The notes beneath the pieces were generated by a model. The model was not told the DNA's origin. It worked only from the letters and a program-made list of their open reading frames with translations, and did not search any database. A stretch of DNA of 41,476 nt from Octopus sinensis (lineage: Eukaryota). Every line of letters starts with the position of its first letter. Position 1 is the stretch's first letter. The stretch is from contig NW_021835250.1 of assembly GCF_006345805.1 (NCBI RefSeq), positions 1 to 41,476 on the forward strand. The letters are read 5' to 3'. Made by a program: the position numbers and the translations under genes. This document shows positions 11,547 to 23,785 of this stretch, in pieces.

Positions 11547-12094
11547 TATGTGTATGTAAAAGTATGATAGACACAGGATGCAGATTGTAACATTTTTTTT
11601 CTACGCGCGTTTCGGCATTGTAGCTATTTGCATCCTTAGCAATGGGTTTTCGTTGAACACCCAAGTTTTCAGGGGTGAATTATTCAAACCCCAAAGAACC
11701 CCTTTCAACTTATGGCTATGGTGCTCCATAACTACTTCTGCTCCTGATCAGAGATTCACATATCGTCAACCCCTAAGGGACATGCTCAACTGGTAAAGGT
11801 CAAACAACTAACAAGCAAATCTGCAGTATTGAACAAAATATTTGATGTAGACCATCTTTTTATGCCAAGACAAATTACTATCATTATTCAGATGTCATTT
11901 TTATCACGTGCTTTCACTGCACTATCGAGCGCAGCTCTGTGTGCCTTGGGTATGTGCAGTGGTTTGTTGTGATGCTCTTATTTTCACTGTATTGAAAGTG
12001 TTTTACGTAGGATGTGTGCGATACCTAGTAGTGCTATTTTCTGTATGATATCTATAAATGTTATCCTGGTGTTTTTGTTATTATTTGTCTGAAT

Positions 12095-12120
12095 ATTTAT
12101 TATTATTATTATTATTATTA

Positions 12121-12156
<36 letters not shown>

Positions 12157-12166
12157 CATCATTATT

Positions 12167-12243
<77 letters not shown>

Positions 12244-12294
12244 CAGCCCATTCCCTTCCGCCGAAATTACTGGCGTTGTGCCAAAATTTTAAAC

Positions 12295-12351
<57 letters not shown>

Positions 12352-12380
12352 CATTATTATTATTATTATCGTCGTTATGG
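12095..12380. repeat. Compound (TTA)/(TCA)/(GTA) repeats
   Basis: Direct reading. Confidence 0.95.
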
Positions 12381-12744
12381 TTATTATTTCAAGATATTTA
12401 AACATCCATCCCATTTCTTTGGTTTAGAAAAGAAGGATCGTCCTAGGACATATTTATTTCATACGCATATTTTTTTGCAAACATCCGTTTTTTTTCTGCG
12501 TTTATTAGCCGTTGAATTTAGCCACCTCTGAGGAAGCGGGAGTAAAGGTTAGCAGTGAATATCCATCACCACCACCACCACCACCACTACCACCACTACC
12601 GCAGATTTAAAAGATTTTTCAAAACGGAAGAATATTTGTTTAATATAAACAAAAATGATAATTAAACAAACTGATATAGTTATTAGCTGAAGGTTACATT
12701 TTGACAAACTTAACGCAAACTTAAATCCTATAAACAAAACTACT

Positions 12745-13740
12745 TATAACAACAGCAACTCATTCTTTACTAACGTTGTAAATAATAGAAGCAATTCAAC
12801 GAAAAAGAGAAGAAAGGAATGACGTATGTTACAAAAGACAGTGCCTCTTTGCCTGGTGAATATATTCAGGAGAGAGCGAAGAAAATAAAATGATATATCT
12901 CCGTTTTCAAAAATGTAAAGGCTATCTCATGCCCTCAAAAGAGGATTTGGTCGAAGTCCAGACTGACGTCTGTTCCATGTTCCTGGAAAACAATAGCAAC
13001 TCGTCCTTTGCAAGCATTGTTAGTGATAAGGAGCTTCTTAGTACGAACAATCTCAATGAAAAGAAGATGAAATAGATGTGATATGGCCAAAAAATAGTAC
13101 CTCTTTCTGTGGTGAATATATCAAGTAAAGGGCGAAGAATGATATGACATTCCTCTGTTTCTGAAAGAAAAAAAAAACGGAAAGGCTTTTATATGCCCTG
13201 GAAAGTGGAGCTGGAAGGAACCCTAACTGTCGTCTGCTCCATTTAACTGGAAAACAACAGCAAATCATCTTTTACAAACGTTGTAACAAGGAGATTCTCA
13301 GTATGAGCCAGCTTAACGAAAAGAAGAAATGGGTGATCTGTATCACAAAAGACAATGCCTCCATACCTGGTGAATATATCCAGGGAAAAGCGAAGAAAGT
13401 GACATGTCTCTGTTTTAAATAACGAAAGAGGAATTGGACGTAGTTGACATGTACTCCATGTAACTGGGAAACAACAACAATTCATCTTTTGCGAATGTTG
13501 TAACAAAAACTTCGCAGTGTGAGATATATCAAAGTCGAAATGGATGAGGTACGTCACATAAGATAGTACCTCTCTCCTCGTACCTCCACCCTTCTCTGGT
13601 GAGTATACCAAGGAAAGAGCGAAGAGAGGTGACAGAGCCCGCTTTTTAAAAAAATGATAAGTTTTCCATAAGCCCCCGAAAGAGTAGCTCGACGAACTTC
13701 AGGCTGATGTGTATTCCATTTACATGGGTAATGCACATGG
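12745..13740. repeat. Degenerate tandem repeat, about 230-260 bp unit, about 4 copies
   Basis: Anchors aacaa(c/t)agcaa..tc..ttt...aa.gttgtaa near 12749, 12990, 13253 and 13471; ggtgaatata near 12855, 13110, 13369 and 13599. Confidence 0.8.
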
Positions 13741-13917
13741 AACTGTATAGAAAACCGTCGGCTAGATTGAACCTATAATTCGAAAGTTACAATTCATGCA
13801 TCTCTATGGTATTGAGCAGAATATTAGCTGTAGCCCATCTTTTATACCAAGACAAAATAATGTACATAATAACACTTCCAATCAGTTAAGCCACTGTCTG
13901 GTACTGCATCAGGGCAT

Positions 13918-13924
13918 TTATTAC

Positions 13925-13984
<60 letters not shown>

Positions 13985-13991
13985 TATTATT

Positions 13992-14074
<83 letters not shown>

Positions 14075-14100
14075 TATTATTATTATTATTATCGTTATTA
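13918..14100. repeat. (TTA)/(TCA) repeats
   Basis: Direct reading. Confidence 0.95.
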
Positions 14101-14334
14101 TCTCGAACGTCTCCTTCCTATTGAGGATTATACATTGTTGAATTTTTTCTTTCCCATTATGTTAAACTTGTTTACATGCAAATCCCACACACACACACAC
14201 ACACAACACACTTACACACACACACAACACACTTACACACACACACAACACACTTACACACACACACACGTTTGCTTTGTCCTGTACTGTCCATAATGTT
14301 TTTTCTTAATGCAGACCCTTTGTGGTCAATAAAG

Positions 14335-14377
<43 letters not shown>

Positions 14378-14389
14378 TATTATTTTTTT

Positions 14390-14600
14390 TTTCTTCTTCT
14401 TTCAAATTTGCTTCCATTTCTTGCCGAGCGTCTTCCCGACTCCTAGAGCAAAGAAACTCATAGTATACATTGGTAGGCCATTAAACCAAACTCAATAGTT
14501 CGTTCATTTTTTTAATTTTTTATTAAGGTTAAATTAAAATACATGGGCAATAACAGCTCTCACAGCGACAATGCTCTTCTCAATACGTGTGATGTACCAT
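14390..14600 (-). mobile_element. R4/Dong-like 3' fragment (last codons plus 3' UTR)
   Basis: GTSHVLRRALSL* plus a 3' UTR nearly identical to 30150-30350; trinucleotide repeats on both sides. Confidence 0.85.
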
Positions 14601-14675
14601 ATTATTATTATTATTATTATTATCAACATCATTACTATTATCATCATTATCATTATTATTATTATTTCATTATAG

Positions 14676-15052
14676 AGAAAATTGCCGGTGACAATTGTAC
14701 AATACAAAAACTGGAGTACACCGTGCCTTACGTTGCAGACATACGGGGTCAACTTCTGACATACATTTTACCAAGTAAGGGGCCGGATAGCGTATTGGAA
14801 GTTACACTAGATGGAGTCCCTACTGAAGTTCACGAAAATTTGCCGGATCATTTTAATGTGGCCTTCCGTTGGCGGAAAGAGAACCATGTACTGGTCCTTC
14901 GTAAAATTTCATTGGTTGCAGAAGATTTCTACATGGAATGGAAAGAAAATACGACAGACGTGAGGGAATTTACGTACCCAGAATGCAGTTACCAAGGTTA
15001 CATAGCCGGTATGGAGTCTTCCTATGCAGCCATTACGGTTTGTGATGGATTG
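14676..15052 (+). CDS. ADAMTS2/3/14-like: ADAMTS exon A: prodomain (reprolysin propeptide)
   Basis: Translates ..KIAGDNCTIQKLEYTVPYVADIRGQLLTYILP...FTYPECSYQGYIAGMESSYAAITVCDGL, matching the ADAMTS prodomain pattern C-x-Y-x-G...S-x-x-A-x-x-x-C-x-G-L. Donor TTG|GTAAGT at 15052 (phase 0). Acceptor is TATAG at 14675, or the NAGNAG-like alternative at 14677, so the start is uncertain by 2 nt. Confidence 0.85.
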
Positions 15053-15179
15053 GTAAGTCGATCTACTGTTTTTAATTGCTAGGTGTGCATGTTTGTGTGT
15101 GTGTGTGTGTGGTGTGTGTGTGTGTGTGTGTATGTGCGCGTGTGTGTGTGCGTGTGTGTATGTGTGTGTGTGTGTGTGT

Positions 15180-15218
<39 letters not shown>

Positions 15219-15228
15219 AATATAAAAC

Positions 15229-15552
15229 GATAAACGTCGCCCTTTACAAGCTTGGCCAGGCTAATGGCCCGGTTTCCCTGTTTCTGTGGCATATGTGTCT
15301 CCCCCCCCCCAGCTGGACGGGACGCCCGTCCATCGCAGCGTTACTGAAGAAACAGGAAGAGAAAGCGAGAGAAAGCGAGAGAAAGTTGGGGCGCAAAAGT
15401 ACAACAGGGGTCACCACCACCCCCTGCTGGAGCCTCGTGGAGCTTTTAGGTGTTTTCGCTCAATAAACACACATAACGCCCGGTCTGGGAATTGAAACCT
15501 CGATCCTCCGACCGCGCATCCGCTGCCCTAACCACTGGGCCATTGTGCCTCC
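15229..15552 (-). mobile_element. SINE family C, full length
   Basis: Reverse complement of 33926-34243; tRNA-like head ggaggcacaatggcccagtggttagggcagcgg. Confidence 0.9.
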
Positions 15553-15612
15553 ATATATAAATATAAATATATACATATGTGTGTGTGTATGCACATATAT
15601 ATATATGCATAT

Positions 15613-15750
<138 letters not shown>

Positions 15751-15767
15751 TATGTGTGTGTGTACAT

Positions 15768-16020
15768 AAGGACGCTTGGCCTAATGGTTGGGGTTTTGCA
15801 CCCACGATCGCACCATTGTGGTTTCAGTTCCGAGACAGGTGCGCTGTATTCTTGAACAAAGCAATTCATCTCATGTTGCAATGCGATCACCTCGACACTT
15901 GACACATGCTGCGCAGTGCACCTGTTCATGCAACGTCGATTTGATGGAGGGGTGTGAGCTAATGTGCAGCATGTACGTAAACAATAACTAAACGTTCATA
16001 CGTCGCCTTCGACTGGAGAG
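15768..16020 (+). mobile_element. tRNA-derived SINE, degenerate
   Basis: aaggacgcttggcctaatggttgggg...ggtttcagttccgag head followed by gtattcttgaacaaagc. Confidence 0.55.
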
Positions 16021-16430
16021 TCCATCATATGTGTGTCTGTGTGTGTATGTATGTGTGGAAGGATCTAGATTGATGGATGCATGCATGCATTGGTGGATGG
16101 ATGGATGGTTATGTTGGGAAGGCATTGAACAAAAGCAAAAAGAAATAATGCAACACAGGAGGAATAAGTTTTTAACAGTGTTTAATTGTGTTTAATGTTT
16201 TAAAAGGAAAGGAAAGAGCTTTAACGTTTCGGATGGTCAGGCTTTCATCATAAAAATGTATTGCAGAAAAATAAAGGAAATGTAAGAGGGAGTAGTGATG
16301 GCTGATAAGAGAGAGAAAGGCGGACGAGACCACGTGAAAATGCGAGTAGTTATATACACGTAAATGAGTGTATCCGTGTTTCGAGATAAGCATGAGTGGG
16401 GTTACAGTGTGCGTGTGTGTGCATGCGTGC

Positions 16431-16467
<37 letters not shown>

Positions 16468-17512
16468 CGTCTGTGTGAGTGTGTGTGTGTGCTGATGGAT
16501 GCAAGTATAGTAGTGTGCGTTAGTACGGAGACGTGTTTGAATGGTTATAAATTTGCTTCACGACCATGGCATCCCAGTTTCGATCCCACAGCGTGGTAGC
16601 TTGAACAGTGGTCATTTTCTATAACCTCAGGTGAAACTGGGTAGACAGAAATTCTATAGAAGTCTGTCGAGTGGATTGAACTCGTAGTTCGAAAATACGG
16701 ACTTGCTACACACTGTGTCACGTTGATCCTACCTAAGAATTGCATTAAGGTGACCCTCACGTGCTAATTTAAAGAGCAGTGTTAATTCTGTTTATCGAAC
16801 ACCCAAATCCTCATCGTCGAAACCGATGGAGAACCTCGTGATACATCTGTAAATATGTGTGTGTGTATACATACTTATCTAGTTATGTACACACGCATAT
16901 ATATATATATCTGTATACACACATACATATGTGTGTGTATTCATATATATCCACGTACATACATACATTTATATATATACAAAAATATATGTATATCCAA
17001 ATGTGTGTATGTCTATGCATATTTGTATGTATTTGTGTGGAGGATGTTTTCATATGTACATTCGTTTGCGCATGACTGCGCAAGCTTGTTTTTCCTGTGA
17101 TAACTAACACCAGCTAATTCATAGAGTAATAAAACACATCATTAAAAATTATACTGAAATATATTATGTCAAAAATATTTTTTTCAAATGAGATGATATA
17201 TATATATGTTTATGTATAACAAGCAGCCAAGTGTAAAAATTGCGTATTACAAGGGATATTTATTAATTCTACCAAATGTTAAACGACAGATATAACCTAA
17301 AAAATCCTAAGTGATTGGTGTTATTTTCTAGAAATAAAATAAAAGGAGAGAGAGAAGAAACATTTGCTCGAGACTACAAGGTTGTAAGGCTAGGATTTAT
17401 CTGCATTTTCAAAGCTTAGAACAAACTGGTTTCTACTCTATGTCTGTGTATCAGATGTGCTAGGGATCACTGTGTCATGTCTGAATAATTGTACCTCTAT
17501 CCTTATATATAT

Positions 17513-17680
17513 AGGCGTAGACGTGGTTGTGCGGTTAAGAGGTTCGTTTTGCAACCATGTAGTTCCGCGTTCATTCCTACTGCTTGGCACCTTGGGCAGA
17601 GTGTCTTCTACTATCGCTCCGGGTCGACCAATGCCTTATGAGTAGATTTGGTAGATGGAAGCTCTATGGAAATCCGTCGC

Positions 17681-17729
<49 letters not shown>

Positions 17730-17930
17730 TGTTTTTGTGTTTGTGGTTGACACTCCACACGGAATGTCGGTTTCTTTACGTCCCCGTATCTTAGTGCTCA
17801 GAGTTCAAATTCTGCCGAGGTCGACTTTGCTTTTTAATAAATTATTAGTTGAGTACTGGGATGGGGGTCGATGTAATCGACTTCCCTAGACCCTCAAAAC
17901 CACTAGCCTTGTACTAAAATTTGAAGCCGT
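17513..17930 (+). mobile_element. Degenerate SINE A head joined to SINE B body
   Basis: Family-A 5' half to about 17790, then gagttcaaattctgccgaggtcgactttgc of family B. Confidence 0.65.
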
Positions 17931-18684
17931 TATTCATCCATACAGCTTTGGTTCTTTGAAATTCACTCCTTGCGTATGTCCTTCTTGCAATTACGAACAT
18001 GCACCGACTTTAGAGGAACATTAGCGACATCAGACTTACCTGTTTTTGAGAACTTACAAAATTCTTGGACAATGCCCCTTCCTCCAAACCTATCATCTAT
18101 TAATTACCTCCAGACACTATTACCCTGTGTAACAATGTTTTTTTTTTATTTGGTCAGTAAATAATATTTCTTATTTACCTCTATCTATAAATCAAACGAA
18201 GTGACTACTATACCCGTCAAACTTTGCTTTTGTGACCTGGACATCATTCATTTGAAACTGGCCTATTTTTCCATTACATTTCAGACAGATTCAGCGCTGA
18301 GTTGCTGAAGCAGAAATATCGTTATAGCAAATACTCTGCTTAATGCTAGATTTGCTTGTCTGTTGCTTGACCTTAACCACTTGAGCCTGTCCTTTAGAAG
18401 CTGACACTATGTGCATCTATGATCATGAGCAATGATAGTGGGGAGCATTATAACCATATATTAAGAAGGATTCTTTGGGGTTTGAATAAATGTAACAAAA
18501 GCAAAGTTTGAAGGAAATATTAGCCATTTTTCATACTTCCTAAGGGGGTCAGCAAAAAGGGGAAATAATAGCTGCTACCCAAGGGCAAAAATCGTGTTAC
18601 ACAGTGTTACATTTGTTTCAGCCGTTGATTTTCTCGTTTGTTTTCGCTAAGCATTTATGAATGCTCTCCCTTTGCTCTCGACAG

Positions 18685-18856
18685 AAAGGTTTCATGCGGA
18701 CCAACGATGAGGATGTCTACATTGAACCAGTCAACAGCGAAACGCAGGTTGCAAAGAAGGGACGGCCACATTTCATCTACTCATGTAAGGAATCTCACCA
18801 TCAGAAGAAGGCTGTGGAGACCAATGATGAAGACCTTCGAAATACACATATCAAAA
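18685..18856 (+). CDS. ADAMTS2/3/14-like: ADAMTS exon B: prodomain
   Basis: Acceptor ctctccctttgctctcgacag|. Translates KGFMRTNDEDVYIEPVNSETQVAKKGRPHFIYSCKESHHQKKAVETNDEDLRNTHIK, with the typical G-x-x-x-x-x-x-E-x-Y-x-I-E-P...P-H-x-I-Y pattern. Donor A|GTAAGA; phase 0 to 1. Confidence 0.92.
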
Positions 18857-18935
18857 GTAAGACATCGTTGCTAAATTGTTTTTGTGCCATTTTCAAATGT
18901 ATTTGTGCTAAACAACATTTTTCTACTCCCACCTC

Positions 18936-19335
18936 TCTCTTTTACTTTTTTACTCTTTTACTCTTTTACTTGTTTCAGTCTTTTGACTGCGGCCATGCTG
19001 GAGCACCGCCTTTAGTCGAGCAAATCGACCCTGGGACTTATTCTTTGTAAGCCCAGTACTTATTCTATCGGTCTCTTTTGCCGAACCGCTAAGTGACGGG
19101 GACGTAAGCACACCAGCATCGGTTGTCAAGCAATGCTAGGGGACAAACACTTATATATACATACATATATACGACGGGCTTCTTTCAGTTTCCGTCTACC
19201 AAATCCACTCACAAGGCATTGGTCGGCCCGGGGCTATAGTAGAAGACACTTGCCCAAGATGCCACACAGTGGGACTGAACCCGGAACCATGTGGTTGGTT
19301 AGCAAGCTACTTACCACACAGCCACTCCTGCGCCT
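18936..19335 (-). mobile_element. SINE family A, full length
   Basis: Reverse complement of the 4653-5020 family. Confidence 0.9.
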
Positions 19336-19402
19336 CTGTATTACTTAACTGTGATAAACTATAATACTTGATTTGTGTGTTTTACCTGATCCTCTGAAAG
19401 TG

Positions 19403-19670
19403 CATGGCTCAGTAGTTAGAGGGTTGGGTTCACAATCGTGAGGTAGTGAGTTCGATTCCCGGACCGGGCTGCATGTTGTTTTCTTGAACAAAACACTTTA
19501 TTTCACGTTGCTCCAGTTCACTCAGGTGAGTTTACGTCCCCGTAACATAGCGGTTCGGCAAAAGGGGCGATAGAATAAGGACCAGGTTCAAAAATAAGTA
19601 CTGGGGTCGATTCATTCGACTAAAAATTCAAGGCAGTGCCCCAGCATGACCGCAATGAAGCAGATAAAAG
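19403..19670 (+). mobile_element. Chimeric SINE: family C/D-type tRNA head with family A 3' tail
   Basis: catggctcagtagttagag...gagttcgattcccggaccggg head, then tttacgtccccgtaacatagcggttcggcaaaag tail. Confidence 0.65.
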
Positions 19671-19699
19671 TGAAGAAATGAAATGACGAGTTTCATTTC

Positions 19700-19794
19700 T
19701 TTACTTCTCTGAAGAGAAGATTACATTGTTTTACACCAATTTATTCCTTTGGAATAATATCAGTGATATCTTCGAAACATGTGTCGGAAGTAAA
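19700..19794 (+). ncRNA. Type-I hammerhead ribozyme motif, intact, sense within ADAMTS intron
   Basis: tttacttct CUGAAGA gaagat...atcttc GAAA catgtg UC^ggaagtaaa. Stem I is 9 bp (extendable), stem II is 6 bp with internal hairpin ttattcc/ggaataa, stem III is ACAUGUGU (self-complementary with G-U); GUC cleavage at 19785/19786. Confidence 0.87.
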
Positions 19795-19837
19795 AGAACT
19801 TGAATTACACCTGCGTTAAACTCCATTTATATGTATA

Positions 19838-19922
<85 letters not shown>

Positions 19923-19995
19923 CATACATATATATACACATATATACTCACACTTATGCATGTACATATATATACATATATATACATATATATAT

Positions 19996-20054
<59 letters not shown>

Positions 20055-20277
20055 CATGCATATATATATATACATACATATACGCACATATTTACATATA
20101 TACTTATATACTTATACATATAAATATATATATATGTGTGTGTGTGTGTAATATTGTATGCGTGTACTTTCAGTGTCTGCCTCCCTCAAAAGAAAATCAT
20201 TTTTCACTTTCCTTTCTTTTTATTTCTTCTTCATATTGTTTCCGTATTTTATTCTGTTTTGTTTTAACCCCATACAG

Positions 20278-20453
20278 GAAGTAGGCACTATAAGATGAAA
20301 ACCCAGAGACAGCACCATCTACGGCAACATCGTGTACGAAGGGACATACCCGTTAACTATTACCTCGAAGTTTTGTTGGCTACCGATAACACTTTGGTAA
20401 AGTTCCACGGTAAGAGCCACCTGGAGCAGTACTTGTTGGGAATTATAAACATC
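20278..20453 (+). CDS. ADAMTS2/3/14-like: ADAMTS exon C: furin site RVRR (20331-20342) and start of catalytic domain
   Basis: Acceptor ttttaaccccatacag|. Translates (R)SRHYKMKTQRQHHLRQHRVRRDIPVNYYLEVLLATDNTLVKFHGKSHLEQYLLGIINI. Donor ATC|GTAAGT; phase 1 to 0. Too short for the ORF track. Confidence 0.93.
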
Positions 20454-20845
20454 GTAAGTCTCCATTGAATACTACTGATGCTATTAACGTGGTTATATTT
20501 ATTGTCGTTGCTGTTTTTGTTGTTCATGATTGTGGTTCGTTATTATCGTAGTCATTGCCGTTATCATTATCATCATTATCGCCGCCAACGTTGTCATCAT
20601 CGTTCTCTTAGTTGCGGATTAAATGTCGATAGTATTTAGATCATGGTCGTTTCACGTTGTCAACGGAAATCCAGAGATTCAGATGAATATCCGCTCCCTT
20701 CCCAGCGTCATCTATCCGTTCGGAGATCGTGATTGATCTTTTGAGTTTCGTTATACCTTTGATATACCTTTCCAATGTCTGTCACTGAAGAATACATTGT
20801 ATGCGAGAGGTTTTGCCAGGCTTCACCAACAATAGAATAAAGCGC

Positions 20846-21508
20846 GAATTATGAGGGATGATTCCTTAAAGAATTATGAGGATGATTCCTTAAAGAATTA
20901 TGAGGGATGATTCCTTAAAGAATTATGAGGGATGATTCCTTAAAGAATTATGAGGATGATTCCTTAAAGAATTATGAGGGATGATTCCTTAAAGAATTAT
21001 GAGGGATGATTCCTTAAAGAATTATGAGGGATGATTCCTTAAAGAATTATGAGGGATGTTTCCTTAAAGAATTATGAGGATGTTCCTTAAAGAATTATGA
21101 GGGATGATTCCTTAAAGATTATGAGGGATGATTCCTTAAAGAATTATGAGGATGATTCCTTAAAGAATTATGAGGGATGTTTCCTTAAAGAATTATGAGG
21201 GATGATTCCTTAAAGAATTATGAGGGATGTTTCCTTAAAGAATTATGAGGGATGATTCCTTAAAGAATTATGAGGGATGTTTCCTTAAAGAATTATGAGG
21301 GATGATTCCTTAAAGAATTATGAGGGATGTTTCCTTAAAGAATTATGAGGGATGATTCCTTAAAGAATTATGAGGATGATTCCTTAAAGAATTATGAGGA
21401 TGATTCCTTAAAGAATTATGAGGATGATTCCTTAAAGAATTATGAGGATGATTCCTTAAAGAATTATGAGGATGATTCCTTAAAGAATTATGAGGATGAT
21501 TCCTTAAA
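20846..21508. repeat. Minisatellite, 24-25 bp unit GAATTATGAGG(G)ATG(A/T)TTCCTTAAA, about 27 copies
   Basis: Head-to-tail units with no unique spacers. Confidence 0.97.
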
Positions 21509-21645
21509 TCTGAGTTCCTAGTGTCATGTGTTTTCTTCTTGACTCTCTTCTAGAAATTGTTCTCATTTATTTCACAACATGTGTGTGTGTGTGTACACAC
21601 TAAAAGGTATCGAGTGATTCTTCAGTTTAATGGTAAATTGTTTAA

Positions 21646-21930
21646 TATATATTGTCTGGAGAGAGTCATTTTCTTTTTGTGCCTTATAATGTAACACACT
21701 CACCAGTAAAATTTCCACTTATTTCTTATTTTTATTTTCCTAAAATTTTCGTTGCGTCTTGCAACCTTTTCAATAGTCTTGACTCTGTCCGTTGACATTG
21801 GAAAGGTTGCAAGACGTAACGAAAATTTTAGGAAAATAAAAATAAGAAATAAGTGGAAATTTTACCGGTGAGTGTGTTACATTATAAGGCACAAAAAAGA
21901 AACTGACTCTCCCCAGACACAATAGAATAT
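21646..21930. mobile_element. Foldback element, about 128 bp arms, about 22 bp spacer
   Basis: attgtctggagagagtc...gcaaccttttcaat is reverse-complemented at 21797-21930 with high identity. Confidence 0.88.
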
Positions 21931-22514
21931 GCTTCAACACACGAACTCATATAAAGAATCTTGCAAACCAAATCCAAAAACGAAATAGTTTAATATATAA
22001 CTTCACATCAAAACATGCATTAATATGTGAGTGGGTGAAATAGAAGGAGAGTGAAGGAATAAGAGATGTGTAAAAGTGATAGAGAAAGAAGTATAAAGAA
22101 TAGTTTTAAAACTCTGTCTTCTTAACATGTTTGAGCAAGCGACGTTCAAACCGTTCCACAACGCATTCCAAATTCTTTATAGAAGAAATTTCATTTTCCC
22201 TGCGTCAAATCAAGAAAAATCATAAGAAAAACTTTGAAAAAAAAGACACTAAAACCAACGCCGACTTACCCACCCTGTTCATCCACCCTGCCATATCACA
22301 ACATTTTTTTTTTCTCAGCCAGTTGTCTCGACAACACTGCTCACTCCCACCCTCCAACACCGCGTACTAACAAGTTGCATTCCGAGGAGAGAATGTATGC
22401 CCGAGAGTGCGTTTGTTAGTGTACGCAATATGTGAGATTGCGTGCGAATGTCTGTGTTTGTGCATATGCATGTGTTGTCTACGCTTATTTTTTGTTCTTC
22501 TCACTGTTGTTGCA

Positions 22515-22654
22515 GCATTGTTGTTGTTCTTCTTCTTCTTCTTCTTGGCCTTCTTCTTCGCCTTCTTCTTGGCCTTCTTCTTGGCCTTCTTCTTCTTCCT
22601 CTTCTTCTTCGCCTTGTTGTTGCTGTTGTTGTTGTTGTTGTTGTTGTTGTTCTT

Positions 22655-22685
<31 letters not shown>

Positions 22686-22872
22686 TTATTATTATTATAT
22701 TATTATTATTATTAATATTATTATTATTATTATTATATTATTATCATTATTATTACTATTATTATTATTATTATCATTATTATTGTTATTATCCTTATTA
22801 TTACTATTACTATCATCATCATCATCATTATCATCATTATTATTATTATTATCATTATTATTATTATTATTA

Positions 22873-22924
<52 letters not shown>

Positions 22925-23289
22925 CATTATTATCATTATTATTATTATTATCATTATTATTATTATTTATTATTATCATTATTATTATTATTATTATTAT
23001 TATTTATTATTATTATTATTATTATTATATGAAGTATTATTTTTATTGCCTGCTTTTATTGCACTACCAAACGCTGCTCTGTGGACCTTGGGAAAGGGCT
23101 GTTTTTGGTTGTCATCGTAATTATTGCTGTTGTTGTTGTTATTGTTATGGTTATTAATATTACAATTATCAGTAGTAGTAGTTGTAGTAGTATTATTAGT
23201 AGTTGTAGACCTCAAGTAACAGCAAGTTGGATGTTTTTGCTGTGGATATCCCCCTCCCCACCCTTCGCCCTTGCGGCAAATAAATAAAA

Positions 23290-23345
<56 letters not shown>

Positions 23346-23413
23346 TTACTACTACTACTACTACAACAACTACTACTAGTACTGCTACTGCTACTACCGC
23401 CACCACCACCACC

Positions 23414-23447
<34 letters not shown>

Positions 23448-23694
23448 TCGTTGTTTCTATTCCTACGACTATTTCGGCTTTGGACCCACTGCTATAGCAC
23501 TCAAAGCATAAATATTATTAAAACACCCACCCTTACCGCCACGAGCACTACCACCCCCACTACGACTACAACTATTACTACTACAACCACTACCACTACT
23601 ATTACTACTACTGCCGCCGCTGCTGGTGCTGAAGCTACTTCTAGTACCACTGCCATTAATTCTGTGATAACTGTTCCTGCTATGACCATTACTA

Positions 23695-23785
<91 letters not shown>

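Noticed and set aside
14543-14675. 5' extension of the prodomain ORF (MGNNSS...YYYY)
   Set aside because: It derives from an antisense Dong-like 3' fragment and (TTA)n, with no signal peptide; the exon is taken to start at the AG near 14675.
20780-20822. Hammerhead-like CUGAAGA...GAGA motif
   Set aside because: GAAA and stem III are not satisfied; probably chance.
20846-21508. CRISPR-like array
   Set aside because: Units are contiguous with no unique spacers, there are no cas genes, and the context is eukaryotic: a minisatellite.
22255-22440. Possible antisense exon ending at a minus-strand GTAAGT donor
   Set aside because: Only a donor hexamer; no acceptor, ORF or other support.
22515-22620. 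Histone H1-like AKKK repeat peptide on the minus strand
   Set aside because: An imperfect (CTT)n microsatellite within a larger trinucleotide field, with no flanking coding context.
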